A DNA stretch of 64,000 nucleotides from Azolla caroliniana. Lineage: Eukaryota; Plantae; Polypodiophyta. The notes below the pieces were generated by a model that saw only the letters and a program-made list of their open reading frames with translations, was not told where the DNA came from and did not search any database. The translations under genes and the position numbers were made by a program. Positions 27,401 through 41,400 of the stretch are shown here, in pieces. Location: positions 401-64,400 of the forward strand of contig JBHGNT010000154.1 of NCBI GenBank assembly GCA_043228905.1, written 5' to 3'. Position 1 is the stretch's first letter; each line of letters starts with the position of its first letter.

Positions 27401-30400
27401 TGAACACAAAAATCCGATATAACACGAGCCAGGTATGAACATTTTAATTTACTCAAGGACTCCTCTCAACTCCTTCCTCAAGTTTGCTAATTTCGTCATG
27501 TCTCTCGACCTGAGTTTCAAAATCTGGATTTTTTAATTCCATATCATAGCTAGCGTTGTTAGCTTCGATTCGCATGTTTGAACATAAAAATCCGATATCA
27601 CACGAGCCAGGTATAAACATTTTAATTTACCTACTAGCTCTTCTCAACTCCCTCCTCAAATTTGGTAATTTCGTCAGGTCTCTCGACCTGAGTTTCAAAA
27701 TCCTGATTTTTTAATTCCATATCATAGCTAGCATTGTTAGCTTCGATTCGCATGTTTGAACACAAAAATCCGATATAACACGAGCCAGGTATGAACATTT
27801 TAATTTACTCAAGGACTCCTCTCAACCCCTTCCTCAAGTTTGGTAATTTCGTCATGTCTCTCGACCTGAGTTTCAAAATCCTGATTTTTTAATTCCATAT
27901 CATAGCTAGCGTTGTTAGCTTCGATACGCATGTTTGAACACAAAAATCCGATATCACACGAGCCAGGTATGAACAGTTTAATTTAGTCAAGGGCTCCTCT
28001 CAACTCCTTCCTCAAGTTTGCTAATTTCGTCATGTCTCTCGACCTGACTTTCAAAATCTTGATTTTTTTATTCCATATCATAGCTAGCGTTGTTAGCTTC
28101 GATTCGCATGTTTGAACACAAAAATCCGATATCACACGAGCCAGGTATGAACATTTGAATTTACTCCAGGACTGCTCTCAACTCCTTCCTCAAGTTTCCT
28201 AATTTCGTCATGTCTCTCGACCTGAGTTTCAAAACCTTGATTTTTTAATTCCATATCATAGCTAGCGTTGTTAGCTTCGATTCGCATGTTTGAACACAAA
28301 AATCCGATATAACACGAGCCAGGTATGAACATTTTAATTTACTCAAGGACTCCTCTCAACTCCTTCCTCAAGTTTGCTAATTTCGTCATGTCTCTCGACC
28401 TGAGTTTCAAAATCTGGATTTTTTAATTCCATATCATAGCTAGCGTTGTTAGCTTCGATTCGCATGTTTGAACACAAAAATCCGATATCACACGAGCCAG
28501 GTATAAACATTTTAATTTACCTACTAGCTCTTCTCAACTCCCTCCTCAAATTTGGTAATTTCGTCAGGTCTCTCGACCTGAGTTTCAAAATCCTGATTTT
28601 TTAATTCCATATCATAGCTAGCGTTGTTAGCTTCGATTCGCATGTTTGAACACAAAAATCCGATATCACACGAGCCAGGTATGAACAGTTTAATTTACTC
28701 AAGGGCTCCTCTCAACTCCCTCCTCAAGTTTGCTAATTTCGTCATGTCTCTCGACCTGAGTTTCAAAATCTGGATTTTTAAATTCCATATCATAGCTAGC
28801 GTTGTTAGCTTCGATTCGCATGTTTTAACACAAAAATCCGATATCACACGAGCCAGGTATGAACATTTTAATTTACTCAAGGACTCCTCTCAACTCCCTC
28901 CTCAAGTTTGCTAATTTCGTCATGTCTCTCGACCTGAGTTTCAAAATCTTGATTTTTAAATTCCATATCATAGCTAGCGTTGTTACCTTCGACTCGCATG
29001 TTTGAACACAAAAATCCGATATCACTCGAGCCAGGTATGAACATTTTAATTTACTCAAGGACTCCTCTCAACTCCTTCCTCAAGTTTGCTAATTTCGTCA
29101 TGTCTCTCGACCTGAGTTTCAAAACCTTGATTTTTTAATTCCATATCATAGCTAGCGTTGTTAGCTTCGATTCGCATGTTTGAACACAAAAATCCGATAT
29201 CACACGAGCCAGGTATGAACAGTTTAATTTACTCAAGGGCTCCTCTCAACTCCCTCCTCAAGTTTGCTATTTTCGTCATGTCTCTCGACCTGAGCTTCAA
29301 AATCTTGATTTTTTAATTCCATATCATAGCTAGCGTTGTTACCTTCGACTCGCATGTTTGAACACAAAAATCCGATATCACACGAGCCAGGTATGAACAT
29401 TTTAATTTACTCAAGGACTCCTCTCAACTCCTTCCTCAAGTTTGCTAATTTCGTCATGTCTCTCGACCTGAGTTTCAAAACCTTGATTTTTTAATTCCAT
29501 ATCATAGCTAGCATTGTTAGCTTCGATTCGCATGTTTGAACACCTCGACCTGAGTTTCAAAACCTTGATTTTTTAATTCCATATCATAGCTAGCATTGTT
29601 AGCTTCGATTCGCATGTTTGAACACAAAAATCCGATATCACACGAGCCAGATATGAACAGTTTAATTTACTCAAGGGCTCCTCTCAACTCCTTCCTCAAG
29701 TTTGCTAATTTCGTCATGTCTCTCGACCTGAGTTTCAAAACCTTGATTTTTTAATTCCATATCATAGCTAGCATTGTTAGCTTCGATTCGCATGTTTGAA
29801 CACAAAAATCCGATATCACACGAGCCAGGTATAAACAGTTTAATTTACTCAAGGGCTCCTCTCAACTCCTTCCTCAAGTTTGCTAATTTCGTCATGTCTC
29901 TCGACCTGACTTTCAAAATCTTGATTTTTTTATTCCATATCATAGCTAGCGTTGTTAGCTTCGATTCGCATGTTTGAACACAAAAATCCGATATCACACG
30001 AGCCAGGTATGAACATTTGAATTTACTCCAGGACTGCTCTCAACTCCTTCCTCAAGTTTGCTAATTTCGTCATGTCTCTCGACCTGAGTTTCAAAACCTT
30101 GATTTTTTAATTCCATATCATAGCTAGCGTTGTTAGCTTCGATTCGCATGTTTGAACACAAAAATCCGATATCACACGAGCCAGGTATGAACAGTTTAAT
30201 TTTCTCAAGGGCTCCTCTCAACTCCTTCCTCAAGTTTCCTAATTTCGTCATGTCTCTCGACCTGAGTTTCAAAACCTTGATTTTTTAATTCCATATCATA
30301 GCTAGCATTGTTAGCTTCGATTCGCATGTTTGAACACAAAAATCCGATATAACACGAGCCAGGTATGAACATTTTAATTTACTCAAGGACTCCTCTCAAC

Positions 30401-32370
30401 CCCTTCCTCAAGTTTGCTAATTTCGTCATGTCTCTCGACCTGACTTTCAAAATCTTGATTTTTTAATTCCATATCATAGCTAGCGTTGTTAGCTTCGATA
30501 CGCATGTTTGAACACAAAAATCCGATATCACACGAGCCAGGTATGAACAGTTTAATTTACTCAAGGGCTCCTCTCAACTCCTTCCTCAAGTTTGCTAATT
30601 TCGTCATGTCTCTCGACCTGAGTTTCAAAACCTTGATTTTTTAATTCCATATCATAGCTAGCGTTGTTAGCTTCGATTCGCATGTTTGAACACAAAAATC
30701 CGATATCACACGAGCCAGGTATAAACAGTTTAATTTACTCAAGGGCTCCTCTCAACTCCTTCCTCAAGTTTGCTAATTTCGTCATGTCTCTCGACCTGAC
30801 TTTCAAAATCTTGATTTTTTTATTCCATATCATAGCTAGCGTTGTTAGCTTCGATTCGCATGTTTGAACACAAAAATCCGATATCACACGAGCCAGGTAT
30901 GAACATTTGAATTTACTCCAGGACTGCTCTCAACTCCTTCCTCAAGTTTGCTAATTTCGTCATGTCTCTCGACCTGAGTTTCAAAACCTTGATTTTTTAA
31001 TTCCATATCATAGCTAGCGTTGTTAGCTTCGATTCGCATGTTTGAACACAAAAATCCGATATAACACGAGCCAGGTATGAACATTTTAATTTACTCAAGG
31101 ACTCCTCTCAACTCCTTCCTCAAGTTTGCTAATTTCGTCATGTCTCTCGACCTGAGTTTCAAAATCTGGATTTTTTAATTCCATATCATAGCTAGCGTTG
31201 TTAGCTTCGATTCGCATGTTTGAACATAAAAATCCGATATCACACGAGCCAGGTATAAACATTTTAATTTACCTACTAGCTCTTCTCAACTCCCTCCTCA
31301 AATTTGGTAATTTCGTCAGGTCTCTCGACCTGAGTTTCAAAATCCTGATTTTTTAATTCCATATCATAGCTAGCATTGTTAGCTTCGATTCGCATGTTTG
31401 AACACAAAAATCCGATATAACACGAGCCAGGTATGAACATTTTAATTTACTCAAGGACTCCTCTCAACCCCTTCCTCAAGTTTGGTAATTTCGTCATGTC
31501 TCTCGACCTGAGTTTCAAAATCCTGATTTTTTAATTCCATATCATAGCTAGCGTTGTTAGCTTCGATACGCATGTTTGAACACAAAAATCCGATATCACA
31601 CGAGCCAGGTATGAACAGTTTAATTTAGTCAAGGGCTCCTCTCAACTCCTTCCTCAAGTTTGCTAATTTCGTCATGTCTCTCGACCTGACTTTCAAAATC
31701 TTGATTTTTTTATTCCATATCATAGCTAGCGTTGTTAGCTTCGATTCGCATGTTTGAACACAAAAATCCGATATCACACGAGCCAGGTATGAACATTTGA
31801 ATTTACTCCAGGACTGCTCTCAACTCCTTCCTCAAGTTTCCTAATTTCGTCATGTCTCTCGACCTGAGTTTCAAAACCTTGATTTTTTAATTCCATATCA
31901 TAGCTAGCGTTGTTAGCTTCGATTCGCATGTTTGAACACAAAAATCCGATATAACACGAGCCAGGTATGAACATTTTAATTTACTCAAGGACTCCTCTCA
32001 ACTCCTTCCTCAAGTTTGCTAATTTCGTCATGTCTCTCGACCTGAGTTTCAAAATCTGGATTTTTTAATTCCATATCATAGCTAGCGTTGTTAGCTTCGA
32101 TTCGCATGTTTGAACACAAAAATCCGATATCACACGAGCCAGGTATAAACATTTTAATTTACCTACTAGCTCTTCTCAACTCCCTCCTCAAATTTGGTAA
32201 TTTCGTCAGGTCTCTCGACCTGAGTTTCAAAATCCTGATTTTTTAATTCCATATCATAGCTAGCGTTGTTAGCTTCGATTCGCATGTTTGAACACAAAAA
32301 TCCGATATCACACGAGCCAGGTATGAACAGTTTAATTTACTCAAGGGCTCCTCTCAACTCCCTCCTCAAG
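24480..32370 (+). repeat. Nested 5-, 9-, 21- and 25-monomer duplications around the 29.5-kb junction
   Basis: Offsets are 25420/27022 = 1602, 27242/28132 = 890, 27022/30664 = 3642 (21x178-96), and ATCACTCGAG at 24571/29021 = 4450. Confidence 0.75.
29462..29625 (+). repeat. Truncated monomer: perfect 82-bp tandem repeat, equivalent to a 96-bp deletion; junction at 29543/29544
   Basis: The junction reads TTTGAACAC|CTCGACCTGAG, and 29462-29543 equals 29544-29625. ORF offset 28624/29774 is 7x178-96. Confidence 0.92.
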
Positions 32371-35300
32371 TTTGCTATTTTCGTCATGTCTCTCGACCTG
32401 AGTTTCAAAATCTTGATTTTTAAATTCCATATCATAGCTAGCATTGTTACCTTCGACTCGCATGTTTGAACACAAAAATCCGATATCACACGAGCCAGGT
32501 ATGAACATTTTAATTTACTCAAGGACTCCTCTCAACTCCTTCCTCAAGTTTGCTAATTTCGTCATGTCTCTCGACCTGAGTTTCAAAACCTTGATTTTTT
32601 AATTCCATATCATAGCTAGCATTGTTAGCTTCGATTCGCATGTTTGAACACAAAAATCCGATATAACACGAGCCAGGTATGAACATTTTAATTTACTCAA
32701 GGACTCCTCTCAACCCCTTCCTCAAGTTTGCTAATTTCGTCATGTCTCTCGACCTGAGTTTCAAAATCTTGATTTTTTAATTCCATATCATAGCTAGCGT
32801 TGTTAGCTTCGATACGCATGTTTGAACACAAAAATCCGATATCACACGAGCCAGGTATGAACAGTTTAATTTACTCAAGGGCTCCTCTCAACTCCTTCCT
32901 CAAGTTTGCTAATTTCGTCATGTCTCTCGACCTGACTTTCAAAATCTTGATTTTTTAATTCCATATCATAGCTAGCGTTGTTAGCTTCGATTCGCATGTT
33001 TGAACACAAAAATCCGATATCACACGAGCCAGGTATGAACATTTTAATTTACTCAAGGACTCCTCTCAACTCCTTCCTCAAGTTTGCTAATTTCGTCATG
33101 TCTCTCGACCTGAGTTTCAAAACCTTGATTTTTTAATTCCATATCATAGCTAGCATTGTTAGCTTCGATTCGCATGTTTGAACACAAAAATCCGATATCA
33201 CACGAGCCAGGTATGAACATTTTAATTTACTCAAGGACTCCTCTCAACTCCTTCCTCAAGTTTGCTAATTTCGTCATGTCTCTCGACCTGAGTTTCAAAA
33301 CCTTGATTTTTTAATTCCATATCATAGCTAGCATTGTTAGCTTCGATTCGCATGTTTGAACACAAAAATCCGATATAACACGAGCCAGGTATGAACATTT
33401 TAATTTACTCAAGGACTCCTCTCAACTCCTTCCTCAAGTTTGCTAATTTCGTCATGTCTCTCGACCTGAGTTTCAAAATCTGGATTTTTAAATTCCATAT
33501 CATAGCTAGCGTTGTTAGCTTCGATTCGCATGTTTGAACACAAAAATCCGATATCACACGAGCCAGGTATAAACATTTTAATTTACCTACTAGCTCTTCT
33601 CAACTCCCTCCTCAAATTTGGTAATTTCGTCAGGTCTCTCGCCCTGAGTTTCAAAATCCTGATTTTTTAATTCCATATCATAGCTAGCGTTGTTAGCTTC
33701 GATTCGCATGTTTGAACACAAAAATCCGATATCACACGAGCCAGGTATGAACAGTTTAATTTTCTCAAGGGCTCCTCTTAACTGCCTCCTCAAGTTTGCT
33801 ATTTTCGTCATGTCTCTCGTCCTGAGTTTCAAAATCTTGATTTTTAAATTCCATATCATAGCTAGCGTTGTTACCTTCGACTCGCATGTTTGAACACAAA
33901 AATCCGATATCACACGAGCCAGGTATGAACATTTTAATTTACTCAAGGACTCCTCTCAACTCCTTCCTCAAGTTTGCTAATTTCGTCATGTCTCTCGACC
34001 TAAGTTTCAAAACCTTGATTTTTTAATTCCATATCATAGCTAGCATTGTTAGCTTCGATTCGCATGTTTGAACACAAAAATCCGATATCACACGAGCCAG
34101 ATATGAACAGTTTAATTTACTCAAGGGCTCCTCTCAACTCCTTCCTCAAGTTTGCTAATTTCGTCATGTCTCTCGACCTGAGTTTCAAAACCTTGATTTT
34201 TTAATTCCATATCATAGCTAGCGTTGTTAGCTTCGATTCGCATGTTTGAACACAAAAATCCGATATCACACGAGCCAGGTATAAACATTTTAATTTACCT
34301 ACTAGCTCTTCTCAACTCCCTCCTCAAATTTGGTAATTTCGTCAGGTCTCTCGCCCTGAGTTTCAAAATCCTGATTTTTTAATTCCATATCATAGCTAGC
34401 GTTGTTAGCTTCGATTCGCATGTTTGAACACAAAAATCCGACATCACACGAGCCAGGTATGAACAGTTTAATTTACTCAAGGGCTCCTCTCAACTCCCTC
34501 CTCAAGTTTGCTATTTTCGTCATGTCTCTCGACCTGAGTTTCAAAATCTTGATTTTTAAATTCCATATCATAGCTAGCGTTGTTACCTTCGACTCGCATG
34601 TTTGAACACAAAAATCCGATATCACACGAGCCAGGTATGAACATTTTAATTTACTCAAGGACTCCTCTCAACTCCTTCCTCAAGTTTGCTAATTTCGTCT
34701 TGTCTCTCGACCTAAGTTTCAAAACCTTGATTTTTTAATTCCATATCATAGCTAGCATTGTTAGCTTCGATTCGCATGTTTGAACACAAAAATCCGATAT
34801 AACACGAGCCAGGTATGAACATTTTAATTTACTCAAGGACTCCTCTCAACCCCTTCCTCAAGTTTGCTAATTTCGTCATGTCTCTCGACCTGAGTTTCAA
34901 AATCTGGATTTATAAATTCCATATCATAGCTAGCGTTGTTAGCTTCGATTCGCATGTTTGAACACAAAAATCCGATATCACACGAGCCAGGTATAAACAT
35001 TTTAATTTACTCAAGGGCTCCTCTCAACTCCTTCCTCAAGTTTGCTAATTTCGTCATGTCTCTCGACCTGAGTTTCAAAACCTTGATTTTTTAATTCCAT
35101 ATCATAGCTAGCATTGTTAGCTTCGATACGCATGTTTGAACACAAAAATCCGATATAACACGAGCCAGGTATGAACATTTTAATTTACTCAAGGACTCCT
35201 CTCAACCCCTTCCTCAAGTTTGCTAATTTCGTCATGTCTCTCGACCTGAGTTTCAAAATCTGGATTTATAAATTCCATATCATAGCTAGCGTTGTTAGCT

Positions 35301-38300
35301 TCGATTCGCATGTTTGAACACAAAAATCCGATATCACCCGAGCCAGGTATAAACATTTTAATTTACTCAAGGGCTCCTCTCAACTCCTTCCTCAAGTTTG
35401 CTAATTTCGTCATGTCTCTCGACCTGAGTTTCAAAACCTTGATTTTTTAATTCCATATCATAGCTAGCATTGTTAGCTTCGATTCGCATGTTTGAACACA
35501 AAAATCCGATATCACACGAGCCAGGTATGAACATTTTAATTTACTTAACGGCTCCTCTCAACTCCTTCCTCAAGTTTGCTAATTTCGTCATGTCTCTCGA
35601 CCTGAGTTTCAAAATCTGGATTTTTAAATTCCATATCATAGCTAGCGTTGTTAGCTTCGATTCGCATGTTTGAACACAAAAATCCGATATCACACGAGCC
35701 AGGTATAAACATTTTAATTTACCTACTAGCTCTTCTCAACTCCCTCCTCAAATTTGGTAATTTCGTCAGGTCTCTCGACGTGAGTTTCAAAATCCTGATT
35801 TTTTAATTCCATATCATAGCTAGCGTTGTTAGCTTCGATTCGCATGTTTGAACACAAAAATCTGATATCACACGAGCCAGGTATGAACAGTTTAATTTAC
35901 TCAAGGGCTCCTCTCAACTCCCTCCTCAAGTTTGCTATTTTCGTCATGTCTCTCGACCTAAGTTTCAAAATCTTGATTTTTTAATTCCATATCATAGCTA
36001 GCGTTGTTACCTTCGATTCGCATGTTTGAACACAAAAATCCGATATCACACGAGCCAGGTATGAACATTTTAATTTACTCAAGGGCTCCTCTCAACTCCC
36101 TCCTCAAATTTGCTAATTTCGTCATGTCTCTCGACCTTAGTTTCAAAATCTTGATTTTTTAATTCCATATCATAGCTAGGGTTGTTAGCTCTGATTCGCA
36201 TGTTTGAACACAAAAATCCGATATCACACGAGCCAGGTATAAACATTTTAATTTACCTATTAGCTCTTCTCAACTCCCTCCTCAAATTTGGTAATTTCGT
36301 CAGGTCTCTCGACCTGAGTTTCAAAATCCTGATTTTTTAATTCCATATCATAGCTAGCGTTGTTAGCTTCGATTCGCATGTTTGAACACAAAAATCCGAT
36401 ATCACACGAGCCAGGTATGAACAGTTTAATTTACTCAAGGGCTCCTCTCAACTCCTTCCTCAAGTTTGCTAATTTCGTCATGTCTCTCGACCTGACTTTC
36501 AAAATCTTGATTTTTTAATTCCATATTATAGCTAGCGTTGTTAGCTTCGATTCGCATGTTTGAACACAAAAATCCGATATCACACGAGCCAGGTATGAAC
36601 ATTTTAATTTACTCAAGGACTCCTCTCAACTCCTTCCTCAAGTTTGCTAATTTCGTCATGTCTCTCGACCTGAGTTTCAAAACCTTGATTTTTTAATTCC
36701 ATATCATAACTAGCGTTGTTAGCTTCGATTCGCATGTTTGAACACAAAAATCCGATATAACACGAGCCAGGTATGAACATTTTAATTTACTCAAGGACTC
36801 CTCTCAACTCCTTCCTCAAGTTTGCTAATTTCGTCATGTCTCTCGACCTGAGTTTCAAAATCTTGATTTTTTTATTCCATATCATAGCTAGCGTTGTTAG
36901 CTTCGATTCGCATGTTTGAACACAAAAATCCGATATCACACGAGCCAGGTATAAACATTTTAATTTACCTACTAGCTCTTCTCAACTCCCTCCTCAAATT
37001 TGGTAATTTCGTCAGGTCTCTCGACCTGAGTTTCAAAATCCTGATTTTTTAATTCCATATCATAGCTAGCGTTGTTAGCTTCGATTCGCATGTTTGAACA
37101 CAAAAATCCGATATCACACGAGCCAGGTATGAACAGTTTAATTTACTCAAGGGCTCCTCTCAACTCCCTCCTCAAGTTTGCTATTTTCGTCATGTCTCTC
37201 GACCTGAGTTTCAAAATCTTGATTTTTAAATTCCATATCATAGCTAGCGTTGTTACCTTCGACTCGCATGTTTGAACACAAAAATCCGATATCACACGAG
37301 CCAGGTATGAACATTTTAATTTACTCAAGGACTCCTCTCAACTCCTTCCTCAAGTTTGCTAATTTCGTCATGTCTCTCGACCTGAGTTTCAAAACCTTGA
37401 TTTTTTAATTCCATATCATAGCTAGCGTTGTTAGCTTCGATTCGCATGTTTGAACACAAAAATCCGATATCACACGAGCCAGGTATGAACAGTTTAATTT
37501 ACTCAAGGGCTCCTCTCAACTCCCTCCTCAAGTTTGCTATTTTCGTCATGTCTCTCGACCTGAGTTTCAAAATCTTGATTTTTTAATTCCATATCATAGC
37601 TAGCGTTGTTACCTTCGACTCGCATGTTTGAACACAAAAATCCGATATCACACGAGCCAGGTATGAACATTTTAATTTACTCAAGGACTCCTCTCAACTC
37701 CTTCCTCAAGTTTGCTAATTTCGTCATGTCTCTCGACCTGAGTTTCAAAACCTTGATTTTTTAATTCCATATCATAGCTAGCATTGTTAGCTTCGATTCG
37801 CATGTTTGAACACAAAAATCCGATATAACACGAGCCAGGTATGAACATTTTAATTTACTCAAGGACTCCTCTCAACCCCTTCCTCAAGTTTGCTAATTTC
37901 GTCATGTCTCTCGACCTGACTTTCAAAATCTTGATTTTTTAATTCCATATCATAGCTAGCGTTGTTAGCTTCGATACGCATGTTTGAACACAAAAATCCG
38001 ATATCACACGAGCCAGGTATGAACAGTTTAATTTACTCAAGGGCTCCTCTCAACTCCTTCCTCAAGTTTGCTAATTTCGTCATGTCTCTCGACCTGAGTT
38101 TCAAAACCTTGATTTTTTAATTCCATATCATAGCTAGCGTTGTTAGCTTCGATTCGCATGTTTGAACACAAAAATCCGATATCACACGAGCCAGGTATAA
38201 ACATTTTAATTTACTAAAGGGCTCCTCTCAACTCCTTCCTCAAGTTTGCTAATTTCGTCATGTCTCTCGACCTGAGTTTCAAAACCTTGATTTTTTAATT

Positions 38301-38499
38301 CCATATCATAGCTAGCATTGTTAGCTTCGATTCGCATGTTTGAACACAAAAATCCGATATCACACGAGCCAGATATGAACAGTTTAATTTACTCAAGGGC
38401 TCCTCTCAACTCCTTCCTCAAGTTTGCTAATTTCGTCATGTCTCTCGACCTGAGTTTCAAAACCTTGATTTTTTAATTCCATATCATAGCTAGCGTTGT

Positions 38500-41400
38500 T
38501 AGCTTCGATTCGCATGTTTGAACACAAAAATCCGATATCACACGAGCCAGGTATGAACATTTTAATTTACTCAAGGACTCCTCTCAACTCCTTCCTCAAG
38601 TTTGCTAATTTCGTCATGTCTCTCGACCTGAGTTTCAAAACCTTGATTTTTTAATTCCATATCATAGCTAGCATTGTTAGCTTCGATTCGCATGTTTGAA
38701 CACAAAAATCCGATATAACACGAGCCAGGTATGAACATTTTAATTTACTCAAGGACTCCTCTCAACTCCTTCCTCAAGTTTGCTAATTTCGTCATGTCTC
38801 TCGACCTGAGTTTCAAAATCTTGATTTTTAAATTCCATATCATAGCTAGCGTTGTTAGCTTCGATTCGCATGTTTGAACACAAAAATCCGATATCACACG
38901 AGCCAGGTATAAACATTTTAATTTACTCAAGGGCTCCTCTCAACTCCTTCCTCAAGTTTGCTAATTTCGTCATGTCTCTCGACCTAAGTTTCATAGCCCT
39001 CCTCAAGCGTTGTTACCTAGCGTTGTTACCTTCGACTCGCATGTTTGAACACAAAAATCCGATATCACACGAGCCAGGTATGAACAGTTTAATTTACTCA
39101 AGGGCTCCTCTCAACTCCTTCCTCAAGTTTGCTAATTTCGTCATGTCTCTCGACCTGACTTTCAAAATCTTGATTTTTTAATTCCATATCATAGCTAGCG
39201 TTGTTAGCTTCGATTCGCATGTTTGAACACAAAAATCCGATATCACACGAGCCAGGTATGAACATTTTAATTTACTCAAGGACTCCTCTCAACTCCTTCC
39301 TCAAGTTTGCTAATTTCGTCATGTCTCTCGACCTGAGTTTCAAAACCTTGATTTTTTAATTCCATATCATAGCTAGCATTGTTAGCTTCGATTCGCATGT
39401 TTGAACACAAAAATCCGATATAACACGAGCCAGGTATGAACATTTTAATTTACTCAAGGACTCCTCTCAACTCCTTCCTCAAGTTTGCTAATTTCGTCAT
39501 GTCTCTCGACCTGAGTTTCAAAATCTGGATTTTTAAATTCCATATCATAGCTAGCGTTGTTAGCTTCGATTCGCATGTTTGAACACAAAAATCCGATATC
39601 ACACGAGCCAGGTATAAACATTTTAATTTACTCAAGGGCTCCTCTCAACTCCTTCCTCAAGTTTGCTAATTTCGTCATGTCTCTCGACCTGAGTTTCAAA
39701 ACCTTGATTTTTTAATTCCATATCATAGCTAGCATTGTTAGCTTCGATTCGCATGTTTGAACACAAAAATCCGATATAACACGAGCCAGGTATGAACATT
39801 TTAATTTACTCAAGGACTCCTCTCAACTCCTTCCTCAAGTTTGCTAATTTCGTCATGTCTCTCGACCTGAGTTTCAAAATCTGGATTTTTAAATTCCATA
39901 TCATAGCTAGCGTTGCTAGCTTCGATTCGCATGTTTGAACACAAAAATCCGATATCACACGAGCCAGGTATAAACATTTTAATTTACTCAAGGGCTCCTC
40001 TCAACTCCTTCCTCAAGTTTGCTAATTTCGTCATGTCTCTCGACCTGAGTTTCAAAACCTTGATTTTTTAATTCCATATCATAGCTAGCATTGTTAGCTT
40101 CGATTCGCATGTTTGAACACAAAAATCCGATATAACACGAGCCAGGTATGAACATTTTAATTTACTCAAGGACTCCTCTCAACTCCTTCCTCAAGTTTGC
40201 TAATTTCGTCATGTCTCTCGACCTGAGTTTCAAAATCTGGATTTTTAAATTCCATATCATAGCTAGCGTTGTTAGCTTCGATTCGCATGTTTGAACACAA
40301 AAATCCGATATCACACGAGCCAGGTATAAACAGTTTAATTTACTCAAGGGCTCCTCTCAACTCCCTCCTCAAGTTTGCTATTTTCGTCATGTCTCTCGAC
40401 CTGAGTTTCAAAATCTTGATTTTTAAATTCCATATCATAGCTAGCGTTGTTACCTTCGACTCGCATGTTTGAACACAAAAATCCGATATCACACGAGCCA
40501 GGTATGAACAGTTTAATTTACTCAAGGGCTCCTCTCAACTCCTTCCTCAAGTTTGCTAATTTCGTCATGTCTCTCGACCTGACTTTCAAAATCTTGATTT
40601 TTTAATTCCATATCATAGCTAGCGTTGTTAGCTTCGATTCGCATGTTTGAACACAAAAATCCGATATCACACGAGCCAGGTATGAACATTTTAATTTACT
40701 CAAGGACTCCTCTCAACTCCTTCCTCAAGTTTGCTAATTTCGTCATGTCTCTCGACCTCAGTTTCAAACTCTGGATTTTTAAATTCCATATCATAGCTAG
40801 CGTTGTTAGCTTCGATTCGCATTTTTGAACACAAAAATCCGATATCACACGAGCCAGGTATAAACATTTTAATTTACTCAAGGGCTCCTCTCAACTCCTT
40901 CCTCAAGTTTGCTAATTTCGTCATGTCTCTCGACCTAAGTTTCATAGCCCTCCTCAAGCGTTGTTACCTAGCGTTGTTACCTTCGACTCGCATGTTTGAA
41001 CACAAAAATCCGATATCACACGAGCCAGGTATGAACAGTTTAATTTACTCAAGGGCTCCTCTCAACTCCTTCCTCAAGTTTGCTAATTTCGTCATGTCTC
41101 TCGACCTGACTTTCAAAATCTTGATTTTTTAATTCCATATCATAGCTAGCGTTGTTAGCTTCGATTCGCATGTTTGAACACAAAAATCCGATATCACACG
41201 AGCCAGGTATGAACATTTTAATTTACTCAAGGACTCCTCTCAACTCCTTCCTCAAGTTTGCTAATTTCGTCATGTCTCTCGACCTGAGTTTCAAAACCTT
41301 GATTTTTTAATTCCATATCATAGCTAGCATTGTTAGCTTCGATTCGCATGTTTGAACACAAAAATCCGATATAACACGAGCCAGGTATGAACATTTTAAT

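Larger units (their letters stand above)
19200..38170 (+). repeat. Older dispersed block duplication of about 6 kb: about 19200-25400 recurs at about 32480-38170 with whole-monomer gains and losses
   Basis: Shared private variants include AACTGCCTCC/CTCGTCC, CCGACATC, GGATTTATAAA, GACGTGAG, GGGTTGTTAGCTCTG and CATATTATAG. Offsets of 13254, 12542, 12898 and 12720 differ from each other by multiples of 178. Confidence 0.78.

Noticed and set aside
28624-33946. Longer ORFs of 92, 96 and 118 aa
   Set aside because: They are chance stop losses from single substitutions, such as TTTGAA>TTTTAA and TTACTC>TTTCTC.
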